From Octopus sinensis (lineage: Eukaryota), in NCBI RefSeq assembly GCF_006345805.1, contig NC_043005.1:5952001-6016000 (forward strand): a stretch of DNA of 64,000 bases, given 5' to 3'. The notes beneath the pieces were generated by a model. The model was not told the DNA's origin. It did not search any database and worked only from the letters and a program-made list of their open reading frames with translations. Of the stretch, positions 63,204-64,000 are shown piece after piece. Each line of letters starts with the position of its first letter. Within the stretch, counting starts at the first letter, position 1. The position numbers and the translations under genes were made by a program.

Positions 63204-64000
63204 AGAGTGGGGAGAGAGGGAGAGAGAAGGGCTGCAAAATTGTGTAGGAGTGTGTGAGGGAGAGATCAACAGAATTTTCGAATAAGGGAGTGAAGGGCAT
63301 AGTCCCTACCCCTTTCCCTACTGGCTCAGATGGGGCTGGGTTGAGAATATTGCCTTCAGACTTGCTCAATCTCTCCCAAGAAAGCCAGCTGCCTACCATT
63401 ATGTTCTTTATTGAGATAATGTTAGAATGTCAGCTTATAACTGACTTTGCTTCTGCTCCCGCTGCTGTCCACACACATTTTGTTTCTCTTTGTCCACACA
63501 ATCTCTTGTCTTTCTTCTCTTTCTTGCCCCATCAGCTCCATCTCCGCTTGGACAAAAAATGCGGTAAAATGGTATCAAAAGTGGGACGGGTGGCGGGGAC
63601 AGTATTTTGGTACATGGAGACTGGTTGACTAGTTGGAATGGATTTAGAAATATCTCTTAAAACGCGGACTAATGCACCTCTCCTTCATCAAGCTGTGTAT
63701 ATATATATGTGTGTATATCTGTGTATGTGTATGATACATGCACACACACACATTATATAACATGTATATTGTATATATGCAAATGTATAATATATATATA
63801 TGTATATATGTGTGTGTGTATATATATATATATATACATACATATATGTGTGTGTGTATGTATATGTATATATGTGTGTGTGTATGTGTATATATGTGTG
63901 TATGTATATATATATGTGTGTGTGTGCGTATGTATGTGTAATGTATATATATATGTATGTATATGTATGTATATATATATATGTATATGTATATACATAT

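Overview
AT-rich, microsatellite-saturated animal genomic DNA that is almost entirely intronic or intergenic. The SINE, MITE and microsatellite families look like those of an octopod cephalopod; this is recognition from memory, not a database hit. No complete protein-coding gene is present, and essentially all ORFs in the supplied track are microsatellite read-throughs or transposon debris. Supported content: dozens of tRNA-derived SINEs from about four families; decayed RTE and CR1 LINE pieces; one full-length but dead mariner element with TIRs, a second mariner fragment, and mariner, piggyBac-like and hAT-like MITEs; a young Helitron-like element; an NRF1/ETS housekeeping-type promoter at about 27.4 kb; and a few isolated exon candidates (minus strand at 6.8-7.0, 16.8 and 17.5 kb; plus strand at 56.1-56.3 kb carrying ATG-TCT-GAA|GT). 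The most striking signal is a set of at least seven loci with minimal type-I hammerhead ribozyme (HHR) motifs of the Penelope-like-element/retrozyme kind. Several families use different self-complementary helix III sequences. They occur as solo TA-anchored units, as a head-to-head palindrome with a 12-bp target-site duplication, and as a decayed ~100-bp tandem array. One copy (18196-18277) has a fully intact catalytic core. All coordinates were read by eye, so element ends may be off by a few bases.
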